From: an uncultured Acidobacteriaceae bacterium
GTDB lineage: Bacteria; Acidobacteriota; Terriglobia; Terriglobales; Acidobacteriaceae
Assembly: GCA_963760475.1 (NCBI GenBank)
Contig: CAVXDG010000002.1
Coordinates: 11,602-75,601, forward strand
Reading direction: 5' to 3'
DNA: 64,000 nucleotides
This document shows, one piece after another, positions 41,793-52,449 of the stretch (its first letter is position 1; each line of letters starts with the position of its first letter). The position numbers were made by a program, and so were the translations under genes. The notes beneath the pieces are model-generated. The model saw nothing but the letters and a program-made list of their open reading frames with translations, did not search any database and had not been told where the DNA came from.

Positions 41793-42628
41793 ACGAAGAC
41801 ATGCGCGCAGTCTCCACCGACGGCCGCGACATGCACGAGGTCGCCGCATCCTTCATCGCGCCCAACAGCCAGCTCAACTCCTTCGAGCGCCTTGAAATCT
41901 ACAACCGGCAATACTGGTACCGCGTGCTGGGCGCTCTCGCTGAAGATTTTCCGGCTCTCCGTGCCATCGTGGGAGCACGCGCCTTTGAAGCCCTCTCCAT
42001 CGCCTATCTCAGCGCACATCCCAGCCACTCCTTTACCCTGCGCAACCTCGGCTCGAAGCTAGTTGACTGGCTCGGCGCCAATCCTCAATTCACTGGCCGC
42101 CGCCAGCATCTCGCCATCGACGTGGCCCGCATCGAGTGGGCCTTCATCGAGGCCTTCGACAACGGCGAGCGCACCCCGCTTACCATCGAGGAGATTGCAA
42201 CCCTCGATGCAGGTTCACGGCTCGCGCTGCAACCGCATCTCATTCTGCTCGCCCTTAAATATCCTGCCGACGATCTCGTGCTCTCGTTGCACAAACGCGA
42301 CAAGAGGCAGGTCGGCGAAGCTGGCCTTAGCCACGACGAAGCAGAAGAAGCTCCAGCCAAACTGCCGCGCATCCGCCGACGCTCAACCTGGGTCGCCGCG
42401 CACCGCGTCGACAACTCCGTCTACTACCTGCGTCTCACGCGCGAAGAATTCCTTACGCTCTCGGCAATCCGCCAAGGCGTCTCCCTCGCCGACGCCATCG
42501 AAACTGGCTTCATCGCTTCGCGCGTTCCACAATCCCGCCGCGTGGGTTTGATTCAACAGTGGTTCGCTTCGTGGGCCGAGCAAGGCTGGATCTGCGCTCC
42601 CGACCTCGAATCGCTCGTACGCCCGTAA
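41731..42628 (+). CDS. DUF2063 (BufC/HvfC-like) MNIO partner protein (+1 indel near 41791)
   Basis: MNLADLQREMAAAV joined to ERLEIYNRQY, EDFPAL and DVARIEWA. Confidence 0.88.
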
Positions 42629-42653
42629 AAATGAATGAACCCACTGAAATGCT

Positions 42654-42684
42654 GGGTGCCCATGTCTCGATTTTGAGACGTGGG
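42654..42684 (+). repeat. REP-like element family A, copy 2
   Basis: GGGTGCCCATGTCTCGATTTTGAGACGTGGG. Confidence 0.8.
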
Positions 42685-42721
42685 TAAGCGCAAATCTAAA
42701 CGCTCGGAAAGAACACCACTC

Positions 42722-43201
42722 ATGCAGACCATCGTCGATCTATATTCCCGATTCGCCGCCCTGCTCGCCCGTTTGCAGAGCCCGTTGCTCCTCGCCATCC
42801 GCCTCTATTGGGGCTTTCAATTCACCCAGGATGGCTGGGGCAAACTCACCCATCTCGATAAGGTCACCGAATTCTTTACCAGCCTTAATTTGCCCGCGCC
42901 GCACATGACCGCCCTCGGCGTCGCTTCAATTGAATTCTCCGGCGGCATCCTCTTCGCGCTCGGCATCCTCTCGCGCCTCACTTCGCTGGTCCTCTTCGTC
43001 AACATGACCATGGCCTACCTCACCGTGCCTGACGACCGCGTCAACTTCACGCACATGTTGTCCAAGCCTGAAGACTTCTACGGGGCCTCGCCCTACACCT
43101 ACTGGTTTGCAGCTCTGCTCATCCTTATCCTCGGCCCCGGCGCCCTCGCCCTCGACACGCTAGTTCTGAAGCGCATGTCTCCCGACCCAGCCAGGAGCTG
43201 A
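42722..43201 (+). CDS. DoxX family membrane protein (BufD-like)
   Basis: IRLYWG..GWGKL, IEFSGG..GILSR and GPGALALD motifs. Confidence 0.9.
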   Translation: MQTIVDLYSRFAALLARLQSPLLLAIRLYWGFQFTQDGWGKLTHLDKVTEFFTSLNLPAPHMTALGVASIEFSGGILFALGILSRLTSLVLFVNMTMAYLTVPDDRVNFTHMLSKPEDFYGASPYTYWFAALLILILGPGALALDTLVLKRMSPDPARS

Positions 43202-43230
43202 TCCCTGACCCCTGATCACGATCGCCGTCT

Positions 43231-43656
43231 TCACGGATGAATCGCATCCAGCTCCGGCAGCAGCACCACGCTCTCCTGCTCATTGGGATCGGTTCGAGCA
43301 ATGACTGCGACCACCGATTCTGTTGCGCTTGGATTGTAGGGCAAATGCGGCACGTCCGCAGGGATGTAGAAGAAGTCTCCAGGCTCGACAATCGTGTGCT
43401 GCTCCAGCCGCTCGCCATGCCACACGCCCGATGCACCCTGAAGCGCATAGATTGCCGTTTCGTGTGTCGCATGTTTGTGCGCCTTCGCCCGTCCGCCCGG
43501 CGGAATTGTTACCAGCTGCATGTGGATTCCCTGGGCGCCTACCGACTCGGCCGAAATGCCAACTTCATATTGCAGATTCTGCTTGCCGATAAACGGTATG
43601 CCGGCCTGCACCAGCCGACAGCTGCGCAACGCGATTCCTCGTGCGTCCACGCTCAT
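43231..43656 (-). CDS. Cupin (RmlC-like)
   Basis: AHKHATHETAIY, YIPADVPHLP and ARTDPNEQESV motifs. Confidence 0.85.
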   Translation of the reverse strand: MSVDARGIALRSCRLVQAGIPFIGKQNLQYEVGISAESVGAQGIHMQLVTIPPGGRAKAHKHATHETAIYALQGASGVWHGERLEQHTIVEPGDFFYIPADVPHLPYNPSATESVVAVIARTDPNEQESVVLLPELDAIHP

Positions 43657-43852
43657 GTACCTCACCTCCTCGGCTTCTCACCGCTCAGATCTCTGGGGAA
43701 GAGCGGGGAAGCTGCCTCGGATCATAATCGCTGATCCACCGCCTGGCCATACAGCACAGTGATTGAAACGGCGCGTGTTACCCTTATCCCGAAATTTTGC
43801 ACGCCCTCCGCGTCTTCGTTCCTCCTTGCGGAAGGCCCTGGAGAAAGCGCGA

Positions 43853-46486
43853 ATGCGTCGAATCACCCGTAGTGCCGTCGTGCGGCTTGCCTTGGGCGCG
43901 ATCATCCCAGTTCTTGCTCTTTCACTCGTTTCGGCCCAGTCGCCGCGCGCCCAGAACACAGCCCTCACGCTCGATCATGACTGGCAATTCCGTCAGTCGC
44001 AGCTTGGGCAGGGGGACGAAGTGGGCTGGATCCCGGCAAAGGTTCCCGGCGACGTTCACCTCGACCTGCTCGCCAACAAGAAGATTGAAGACCCCTTCTA
44101 CCGCGACAACGAGTCGAAGCTGCAGTGGATCGAAAACGCGAATTGGGAATACCGCAACACCTTTGACGTCTCCGCTTCGCCGCTGGCCCGCACCAATGTC
44201 GACCTGGTCTTCGATGGCCTCGACTCCCCCGCACAGGTCTACCTCAACGGCAAACAAGTCCTCAACACCGACGACTCGTTTCGCGCCTGGCGCGTGCCCG
44301 CCAAAGAGCTCCTACACGTCGGCAGCAATAATCTCCGCATCGTCTTCCCGTCGCCCAACACCTCCGCGCATCTCGTCGCGGCCAGGGACCCCTGGCAGCC
44401 ACGCACGGGTACCGCCGAGAAGACCTACATTCGCAAGCCCGCTTATGAATATGGATGGGACTGGGGCCCGCGCTTCGTCACCAGCGGCATCTGGAAGCCG
44501 GTGCGCATCGAGTCCTGGGACAAGGTCCGCATTGCCGACTTCGCCATCCGGCAACGTGACGTGAGCAAGACCGTCGCCCACATCGATGCCGAGGTTGAAG
44601 TCGAAGCCTCCGCCGACGGCCCTGCGCAAATCGCCGTCCAGTACACCGCGCCCGGCGCCGTTGCGCCCATCAAGATCGGCAAGCTTGTCGCACTTCACAC
44701 TGGCCGCAACACGATCGATATCCCCGTCGAGATCCGCCAGCCGAACCTCTGGTATCCCGCCGGCTACGGCGACCAGCCGCTTTACGAATTCACTGCGCAA
44801 GTATTCGACGCAGGCAAGCTCACATCCGAAATTAAGAAAAAAACTGGCCTGCGCTCTATCGTTCTCGATCGTCACCCAGATCAGTGGGGACGCAGCTTCC
44901 AGTTCCTTGTCAATGGAATCCCTGTCTTCGGCAAAGGCGCCGATGTCATCCCCTTCGACAGCTTTGCGAACCGCGTCACCACCGCCGACTATCGCCGCAT
45001 TCTCCAGTCCGCACGCGACGCCAACATGAACATGATTCGTCACTGGGGCGGCGGGTACTACGAGACCGACGAGTTCTACCAGATCTGCGACGAGCTCGGC
45101 ATCATGGTCTGGCAGGATTTCATGTTCGGTAACGACTGGCAGCCCGGCACCTACCAGTTCAAGCTCACCATCGAAGCCGAGGCCGAAGATCAGGTCCGTC
45201 GCTTGCGCAACCATCCCAGCATCGTGATCTGGTCCGGGAACAACGAAACCGAAGAAGCCCTCAACTGGGCTCCGCGCGACAAGCTGCCGCTCGAAGTGAA
45301 ATACCAGATGTGGCAGGACTATCTCACCGAGTTCAGCGGCATTCTCAATCGCGTCGTTGAGCGCCTCGACGCCGAAACACCCTACTGGCCCAGCTCACCC
45401 AGCTCTGACTACGAAGAGCTCAGCGACAAATATCAGAGCGGCGATGCACATATTTGGGATGTCTGGCACGGCCGTGTTCCGTTCTCAACTTACGAAACCC
45501 ATCACGCCCGATTCGTCACCGAATACGGCTTCCAGTCCTTCCCTGAGATGCGCACCATTGAAGCCTTCACCAAGCCTGAAGATCGCACTGGCATCTTCAC
45601 GCCCGTCATGCTCGCGCACCAGAAAAACAATGAAGGCAACTCGATCATCCACGACTATCTGCTCAAGGACTACCCCGAGCCAAAAGATTTTCCGAGCTTT
45701 CTCTATGTCAGCCAGGTCCTGCAAGCCGAAGGCATCAAGATCGGCGCCGAACACCTCCGCCGCTCCCGCCCTGAAACCATGGGCTCCATCTTCTGGCAGT
45801 TGAACGACTGCTGGCCCGTCGCTTCGTGGTCAAGCATCGATTACTACGGCCACTGGAAAGCGCTGCAATACTATGCGCGCCGCTTCTACGCGCCTATTCT
45901 CGTCTCCCCGCACCTCGAAGGCAGTTCCGTCAAGGTCTACATCGTCTCTGACAAAACTGCCGCGCAACCGGCTACACTCCGCATGCGCTTAATGGACTTC
46001 GATGGAAAAGTCCTCCTCGACGACAGTCACGAAGTCAGCATCGATTCGCTTTCAAGCAAGGCCTATCTCGATTGGCCTCTCGCTAAACTCGCGCAGGCCG
46101 GCGGTTCCAACACATCCGGAGTCTTTGTCGTTGCCGAGGTCACAGCAGGGAACGTGCAAGTCTCCCGCAATCTTACCTATCTCGCGCCCACCAAAGAAAT
46201 CCATCTCAAGGCCGCCCATCTCACTGTTGACACCTCAGGCTCCGGCGGCAAGTACACCATCCGCCTCACTTCGCCAGTTCTCGCTCGAGATGTCTATCTC
46301 TCCTTTGGATCGCTCGATGCACAGGTCGCCGATAACTACTTCGACCTCCTGCCCGGCGAAACGCGTGAGATCGCCGTCACCAGCACCTCATCCCTCGAAG
46401 AGATCAGGGCACAACTCCATGTCGTCTCCCTTACCGATGCCTTCGCAACCGTCCCCGCAGCGGCCTCCGTCTCGGCGGCGCATTGA
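43853..46486 (+). CDS. GH2 beta-mannosidase
   Basis: GWDWGP, WGGGYYE, WQDF, WSGNNE, TEYGFQS and WQLNDCWP motifs; signal peptide. Confidence 0.93.
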   Translation: MRRITRSAVVRLALGAIIPVLALSLVSAQSPRAQNTALTLDHDWQFRQSQLGQGDEVGWIPAKVPGDVHLDLLANKKIEDPFYRDNESKLQWIENANWEYRNTFDVSASPLARTNVDLVFDGLDSPAQVYLNGKQVLNTDDSFRAWRVPAKELLHVGSNNLRIVFPSPNTSAHLVAARDPWQPRTGTAEKTYIRKPAYEYGWDWGPRFVTSGIWKPVRIESWDKVRIADFAIRQRDVSKTVAHIDAEVEVEASADGPAQIAVQYTAPGAVAPIKIGKLVALHTGRNTIDIPVEIRQPNLWYPAGYGDQPLYEFTAQVFDAGKLTSEIKKKTGLRSIVLDRHPDQWGRSFQFLVNGIPVFGKGADVIPFDSFANRVTTADYRRILQSARDANMNMIRHWGGGYYETDEFYQICDELGIMVWQDFMFGNDWQPGTYQFKLTIEAEAEDQVRRLRNHPSIVIWSGNNETEEALNWAPRDKLPLEVKYQMWQDYLTEFSGILNRVVERLDAETPYWPSSPSSDYEELSDKYQSGDAHIWDVWHGRVPFSTYETHHARFVTEYGFQSFPEMRTIEAFTKPEDRTGIFTPVMLAHQKNNEGNSIIHDYLLKDYPEPKDFPSFLYVSQVLQAEGIKIGAEHLRRSRPETMGSIFWQLNDCWPVASWSSIDYYGHWKALQYYARRFYAPILVSPHLEGSSVKVYIVSDKTAAQPATLRMRLMDFDGKVLLDDSHEVSIDSLSSKAYLDWPLAKLAQAGGSNTSGVFVVAEVTAGNVQVSRNLTYLAPTKEIHLKAAHLTVDTSGSGGKYTIRLTSPVLARDVYLSFGSLDAQVADNYFDLLPGETREIAVTSTSSLEEIRAQLHVVSLTDAFATVPAAASVSAAH

Positions 46487-46497
46487 CGCAAAAGCAA

Positions 46498-46523
46498 AGG
46501 GCCGAAGCAATCGCCTCGGCCCT
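46498..46523. terminator. Hairpin between convergent genes
   Basis: AGGGCCGA...TCGGCCCT stem. Confidence 0.55.
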
Positions 46524-46570
46524 CGTTCATTAACTACCATCTGCACAGAATCAAAAAGCGCCCACGGTCC

Positions 46571-49500
46571 TCAGAACGAGAACACCGCCTGCAGAAACAC
46601 ACGACGCGATGCCGCGCCCTGCGAAAACATCTGCCCCGCCAACCCGCGCGACTTGCCGAAATTGCCGCCAGCAGTGTATCCGGTAACATCGCCCGAACTG
46701 TCCAGAATCGGCGAAGGACTGATCGTTCCCGTCGGCGTTCCATAGTTGATGTTGTTGAACAAATTCAGTGCCTGCACACTGAAGTTCAGGCTGTACTTGC
46801 GCCCGCTTCCTTGCGGACCGAACATCCCGCGCGGCCCTCCTCCTCCACCACCGCCAAATCCTCCCGGTCCGAATCCACCGCCCGGACCGCCTCCACGCCC
46901 GCCTCCCGGAGGACCACCGCCCGGGCCGCCACCCGGTGGAGGACCGCCCGAAGCACTTGCTTCAACCTTGGGACCGATCCCAAACGCGCGACTCAACCGC
47001 AGATTCACTGCAACCGACGCAGGGCTGTTCCCAAGATTCATCCCCAGCAGTTTCTCTCCGGGCCCCGGCGTTACATCCAGGCATCCGAACGACGTAGGCA
47101 CAAACTGACCAGTCAGCGTCGATGTGCATTGCGACGAATCAACCAGTCCCGGTCGATCGTTAATGAAGTTGTCGCCCGTCAAATCGTCGCCGGTCACAAC
47201 GTTGTATGGCCTTCCCGAGCGCGCCACAATAAACGGATTCAAGCGCAGGTTCCACGGTGCCGTGTAGTTGCCCATCAGGAAAACCTGGTGCCGCGAAACA
47301 AAGCCGGCGCGCCCATAGTCCTGACTCAGGTTGTAGGAGTTCGAAACTTCGCCGCCAGCCCCATCCGTATTCGCGAACGACAAATTATAGAAACCGAACA
47401 CGCTGAACTTCGGTGAGATCCGCGCGTTCATGTTCACGATCAACTGCTCCTGCTTGTACACCGCTTCTGGATAGTACTGCTGCACGATTCCCAGCGAGGG
47501 ATTCGGCCGTGGTCCCGTTGTGCTGTTGTAGTACGTGGTTCCAGCCAGCGGCAGATATGCGTTTGAATCGCGCGTCACCACTTGGTGCACCCCGAACGAG
47601 TGAAGATAGGTCACCGTTGCCGTCGTTGTCTTCGTCAGCTGACGCTCGAGGCTGCCACCGAATTGATGCGTGTACGGCGCATGAAAGTTCGGCGCAATCT
47701 CCACAATCGTGCTGTTCGGCGTGGGCGCGTAGGGAGCCGCCGGCAGGCACCCGGAAAAGTCCACGCTGGTCAGGCTCGTCGCATTCAGGCACGCGGGTGA
47801 CGTCGCCGTGACCACTACCTGGCCGGAGTTGACGCTCTGCTGCGTCGCCGCCAGCACGTTCGCAATCTGTACGCGGTCGTAGAAGATCCCGTAGCCTGCA
47901 CGCACCACTGTCTTCGCCGGTTTGTTTCCTTTGGCATCCAGCGCATAAGCCAGCGCCACACGCGGTGCCCAGTCGTTGTGATCCGAAATGTGGTTCTGCC
48001 CCTCCCACCGGATGCCGCCCGAGAGGGTGAACCTCGGATTCACCTTCCAGTCATCCTGCACAAAGAGTGCGCCGTCGAAGACGTTGGCCTCGTAACTGGT
48101 ACGGCCCGCCCCGACGCTCAAAGTCACCAGGTCGTCTCCTACCGAATTCAGATTCTGCCCGGCTGCCAGTTTGTTCAGCGCATCCACGTAGCCGTTCTGG
48201 CTGAAAGTCAGTGTCCCATTGCGATTCGAAGTCGAAGTGTTCGCGTCGCGATTATCGCGCAGCCACGCTCCGAATTTCACGGCGTGCTTGCCCAGGCTCA
48301 TCGTCGTAAAATTCTGCAGCTCGAAATGCTCTTGGTGATCCTTCGATAACTGGCTCGACGCTCCGCCTCCCGTGAAGTTGCCGCTCACGCGAATCGTGGG
48401 CAGGTTGCTCACCGGGGTATCGTTCCCCGTAGTACGCCTGTATTCAAAACGAGTCTCGTTCACCATACGGTCATTGATGATCTGCGAATCGCTCAGTTGC
48501 AGCGCGTGCTCGGTCGTGTTGCTTGAGATCGATTGCGTCGGAAGCTGCGTGCTGTTGATATCCCCCGATTCGGAGTCATAGTAGAACTGGTAGCGCATCG
48601 TCAGCGTGTTCTTGTCGGATAGCTGCAGGTCCACGCGCGGTGATACGGTAATGTGATTGTGCGGATTTGCCTCCGAACCCGAGCATATTCCCGCCGAATA
48701 CACCCCGTACCCAAAGTCGCATGTTCCCGCTACCGCAGGCTGAAAGTCGTACACCTGCTGATCGTGATTGTTGCGCTGTTCCACGCTCAAAAAGAATGAG
48801 GATTTCTTGCTCAAGGCCCCGCTGATTGTGCCGTTGTACTGGAACCGGTTGTACGGCGGGACATTCTTCACAAATGGGTTGCCGGTGTTAAGCCCGCTGT
48901 AATTGCCCATGGCGAACACCTGCCCGTGCAACTTGTCGGTGCCCGGCTTGGTCAGAATCTCAATGCGTCCATATCCCAATCGGTCATACTCCGCCGAAAA
49001 CGGATTCTGGTTAATCCGGATTTCGCGGATCGCCGACTTCGGCGGCAACTGCCCACCCGTAAACCCGTCAATGTAAATCTGCCCTCCGTTCGGGCCGGCT
49101 GACGGTCCCGCCAATGCCTGCAACTCGTTAGACAATTCATCGGGATCGTCCGACAGAGCATCGAGATCCTTACCCTTGATCACCACGGAGTTCGCGTTGC
49201 CCCCTGCCTCCACGTTGACGGCGGGCGACTCGTCCGTCACCACCACGTTCTGCTGCTCTACCTGCACGGCCATCGATACGTCCACGCGCTTTATCTGCCC
49301 GGCGGCTACAGAAATCACCTGCGACTGAAACGGCGCAAACCCCGCGAATGAAACCTGAACGTAATAGGCTCCCGGCGCGATCCCCCGAATCTCGTAGGAG
49401 CCGCTCGCGTCCGCCGTCACCGTCTTTACGGGGACACCGTCTCGGTTGGCAATCGTCACGGCCGCCCCCGGAATCAATGCTCCCGTCTGGTCGGTTACGT

Positions 49501-49669
49501 GTCCATGCACGTTCGCAGTCGCAGCGGCCGCCGGTGCCGCTATCTGGGCGGGCACTCCCGCCGCAGAGTCCGTGGCCGGCAGTGCTTGTCCGTTCGCAAC
49601 AACAAACGACACCACCCACAATATCCATCCGATAAGGACGCAAAAAACACTATGAGATCGCAAAGACAC
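46571..49669 (-). CDS. Oar/TonB-dependent-receptor-like protein with carboxypeptidase-regulatory domain
   Basis: GHVTDQTGALIPGA, NPFSAEY, QDDWKV and WAPRV; terminal FSF. Confidence 0.88.
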   Translation of the reverse strand: MSLRSHSVFCVLIGWILWVVSFVVANGQALPATDSAAGVPAQIAAPAAAATANVHGHVTDQTGALIPGAAVTIANRDGVPVKTVTADASGSYEIRGIAPGAYYVQVSFAGFAPFQSQVISVAAGQIKRVDVSMAVQVEQQNVVVTDESPAVNVEAGGNANSVVIKGKDLDALSDDPDELSNELQALAGPSAGPNGGQIYIDGFTGGQLPPKSAIREIRINQNPFSAEYDRLGYGRIEILTKPGTDKLHGQVFAMGNYSGLNTGNPFVKNVPPYNRFQYNGTISGALSKKSSFFLSVEQRNNHDQQVYDFQPAVAGTCDFGYGVYSAGICSGSEANPHNHITVSPRVDLQLSDKNTLTMRYQFYYDSESGDINSTQLPTQSISSNTTEHALQLSDSQIINDRMVNETRFEYRRTTGNDTPVSNLPTIRVSGNFTGGGASSQLSKDHQEHFELQNFTTMSLGKHAVKFGAWLRDNRDANTSTSNRNGTLTFSQNGYVDALNKLAAGQNLNSVGDDLVTLSVGAGRTSYEANVFDGALFVQDDWKVNPRFTLSGGIRWEGQNHISDHNDWAPRVALAYALDAKGNKPAKTVVRAGYGIFYDRVQIANVLAATQQSVNSGQVVVTATSPACLNATSLTSVDFSGCLPAAPYAPTPNSTIVEIAPNFHAPYTHQFGGSLERQLTKTTTATVTYLHSFGVHQVVTRDSNAYLPLAGTTYYNSTTGPRPNPSLGIVQQYYPEAVYKQEQLIVNMNARISPKFSVFGFYNLSFANTDGAGGEVSNSYNLSQDYGRAGFVSRHQVFLMGNYTAPWNLRLNPFIVARSGRPYNVVTGDDLTGDNFINDRPGLVDSSQCTSTLTGQFVPTSFGCLDVTPGPGEKLLGMNLGNSPASVAVNLRLSRAFGIGPKVEASASGGPPPGGGPGGGPPGGGRGGGPGGGFGPGGFGGGGGGGPRGMFGPQGSGRKYSLNFSVQALNLFNNINYGTPTGTISPSPILDSSGDVTGYTAGGNFGKSRGLAGQMFSQGAASRRVFLQAVFSF

Positions 49670-49712
49670 CTCTCCCGCAAACTTCCGTATTAGCTATGTT
49701 TGTTCCGCGGAC

Positions 49713-50900
49713 TTACTGTGATTCCGCTTCCGCTCCGCCGCCCGAACCCATGCTCCAGTTCGCCAGCAGACTGCGGCTTGCTTCCGGTGCTTCCAGCAAT
49801 GGCTCCACGCCGGTCAACAGCGTAATTGCCGTAAGATCCGACGCGCCCGATGTCGCTACCAGCATCACCGCGTCGCCCTTCTTCAGGTCAGAGAAGTGAA
49901 TCGCCGGCGTACGACTCAACATCGCCTGCATATCCCCGCCGCGACCTTGGCTATTCCCACCGCCGTATCCTGCAGCGCCGCCTTGGCCTGCATTGCCGGC
50001 CCAGCTGCGCGCTTGTCCGCCTGACGCTGAGGCTCCTGCGGCTGCTGCCGTTCCGCCTGGGCCTCCGCTCGGCATTGTCCCTTTCAGACGCGCCGCCAGC
50101 ATGCGCGCCATCATCTCCGGCAGAGCGTGCATCTGCGCGTCTGGCGTGATCCGAACCGTCACCTGCCTCTTCGTCAACAGGTCCTTCAACGTAAAAACCG
50201 AGTTCGTCGCATCCAGTGAAGCAATCGTGCCTGAAATATTTCTGAAACTGCCCGAAATGATCTCAACCGCATCAAGCTCGGTCCCATCCGCATTCTTTGT
50301 CCCGCGCGCGCGTAGTTGATCGCCCACCTGGATCGCATCGATCGGAGCAGGCTGGGCCAGGTCGAAGCGCACAGAGGCAGGCGCATAGCGCTTCAACACC
50401 GTTGCCTTGCTTACATGCACCTGGATAACCTTGAGCGTTGGCCCCGCCCCGCTCGTCAACACGACCACGCCACTGCCGACGCTCTTCACCAATCCGCCTA
50501 CGCCGCTGCGTGCCCAATCCTCGCGCTCCTGCTGTTGCCGCTTGGCCACATCCGCCTGCTTGATGGTCACAATTTGCGCCGCCTGCGGCACATCGCCCGC
50601 AGCGCTCGAATCGATCCGCACCAGCACTCGGTCGCCTGGTTCAAGATCGCTCAGCTGAATCGCCGTTGCTCCGCTCAAGTCCTTCTGCCCAGGCTCTACC
50701 CGCTTCAGCACCGCGGTTGCCGGCACTTGTACCTGCTGCACATCACCGTTGTCCGGCTTCACGCTCAACGTGTCGCCGGTCATTGCCGAAATCGTCCCCA
50801 CAAACCGGGATGGCGTCGTTGCCTGTGCCCATGCAAGGGCGGTCGTAACGCCCAATGCAAATACCACGACCCATGACGACCTAAATCGATTGCTTGCCAT
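49713..50900 (-). CDS. Exported repeated OB-fold (DUF5666-like) protein
   Basis: Signal peptide; three repeats ending in L..GD.V; Gly-rich linker. Confidence 0.7.
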   Translation of the reverse strand: MASNRFRSSWVVVFALGVTTALAWAQATTPSRFVGTISAMTGDTLSVKPDNGDVQQVQVPATAVLKRVEPGQKDLSGATAIQLSDLEPGDRVLVRIDSSAAGDVPQAAQIVTIKQADVAKRQQQEREDWARSGVGGLVKSVGSGVVVLTSGAGPTLKVIQVHVSKATVLKRYAPASVRFDLAQPAPIDAIQVGDQLRARGTKNADGTELDAVEIISGSFRNISGTIASLDATNSVFTLKDLLTKRQVTVRITPDAQMHALPEMMARMLAARLKGTMPSGGPGGTAAAAGASASGGQARSWAGNAGQGGAAGYGGGNSQGRGGDMQAMLSRTPAIHFSDLKKGDAVMLVATSGASDLTAITLLTGVEPLLEAPEASRSLLANWSMGSGGGAEAESQ

Positions 50901-51173
50901 AGTTCCAGTCTCCAGGCCTTCAAGTGCCTAGCCCAGAATTGTCATTTTGAACTTCATTTGGATAGACGAGCGTGGGACGCAAAAGGTTGATCCGCCGCTT
51001 GCAAGCAGGCATTTTCGTTGTGGAAGCGCACGCCCGCCCGCAAATGAAATACCCACACCAAAGGATCAGGCTGCTCCGAGCGTTCTGCCAGCGCTGGCCC
51101 GCAATAAGCTGCCGCAAGAACTAGAACCCGGAGCGGAATCCTGCGCTCACCGCTGCGTCCCGGGCACGACCAT

Positions 51174-51206
51174 GGGTTCCCCAGGTCTCGCGTTTGAGAG
51201 ATGGGA
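51174..51206 (+). repeat. REP-like element family A, copy 3
   Basis: GGGTTCCCCAGGTCTCGCGTTTGAGAGATGGGA. Confidence 0.7.
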
Positions 51207-51279
51207 AAACGGCGATGCGCCCTTGCTTATGCCATTCGCCTTCACACTGGCGAAAAGGGTGGGAGACCGATGAGGCAAT

Positions 51280-52449
51280 CTACGCAAACGTCACCTGCCC
51301 CAACACCACGGCCCTCTTCGCCCCAGTCGCCGCCGGAACGTTCCCCGGCAACCGATGCCACGTCATCCACGCCAACAGCGCAAACGCCGCAGCTTCCTTC
51401 GCCGCTGCTGGCATGCCAAAGTCTTCAATGGTCGCCACGGTACAGCCCGTCGATTCCAACCGCCGCGCCAACATCCCCATCAGCGTCGCGTTACGCGCTC
51501 CACCGCCCGACACAATGTAATCCACCGGCGCGGCGTGCATCTTCCGTCGCACGAATCTCGCATAGCTTTCGGCGATGCTCTCGGCCGTCAATGCTGTCGC
51601 CGTCGCCAGCGCGTCTTCAGAGTTCATCGAGTGGCGTCGGCATTCTTTCAAAAACTTGGCAACGTATTCCCGCCCAAACTGCTCCCGCCCCGCCGTTCGC
51701 GGTGGCTCCTGCCCAAAATACGCGTCCTTCAGCATCCGCTTCAGCACCTGCGTCAGCACTGATCCGCGCGCCGCGATCGCCCCATTCCTGTCGTACTTGT
51801 TGCCGAACAGTTCCTGCGCCAGCGCATCGATCACCATGTTCCCCGGCCCTGTATCGAAGGCAACAAGCTCACCGGCGCCGCCTCCGGCAGGGATCGCCGT
51901 CAGGTTCGCAATGCCGCCGATGTTCTGCAGCACACGCCCGCGCTTCGCGTCCGAGAACAGCACATAGTCCATTAGCGGAACCAGCGGCGCGCCCTGACCG
52001 CCCGCAACCATATCCGCCGGACGAAAGTTCGACACCACGGGTGCCCCAGCAGCGGCCGCAATCGCCGCGGCCTCACCCAGTTGCCATGTACACGCGAATG
52101 TCAGGCCCGCGTATGCCTCGGCACGTGCCTGGTGGTAGAGCGTTTGCCCATGACACCCCACCAGGTCCAGCTTCACGCGATGCTTCTTCGCCGTCGCTGC
52201 CACAGCCTCGGCATACGCAAGACCGAGCCGCCAATTCAAACGCGCCAACTCCGCCGTTGAAATGGAAGCTGCATTCATCGCCGCCAGCACATGCTTGCGC
52301 AATACAGCGGGGTAGGGAAATGCCTCGTGCGCCAGCAAGGTCAGCATGGGACGCCGCCTGATCGGTACGATCCGCACCACCGACACATCGATCCCATCGG
52401 CCGACGTCCCACTCATCACGCCCGCCACAACCATGCTGCCCAGCCTCAT
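51280..52449 (-). CDS. anmK: Anhydro-N-acetylmuramic acid kinase
   Basis: GVMSGTSADG, HGQT, GGQGAPL, NIGGIAN and DTGPGN motifs. Confidence 0.96.
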   Translation of the reverse strand: MRLGSMVVAGVMSGTSADGIDVSVVRIVPIRRRPMLTLLAHEAFPYPAVLRKHVLAAMNAASISTAELARLNWRLGLAYAEAVAATAKKHRVKLDLVGCHGQTLYHQARAEAYAGLTFACTWQLGEAAAIAAAAGAPVVSNFRPADMVAGGQGAPLVPLMDYVLFSDAKRGRVLQNIGGIANLTAIPAGGGAGELVAFDTGPGNMVIDALAQELFGNKYDRNGAIAARGSVLTQVLKRMLKDAYFGQEPPRTAGREQFGREYVAKFLKECRRHSMNSEDALATATALTAESIAESYARFVRRKMHAAPVDYIVSGGGARNATLMGMLARRLESTGCTVATIEDFGMPAAAKEAAAFALLAWMTWHRLPGNVPAATGAKRAVVLGQVTFA

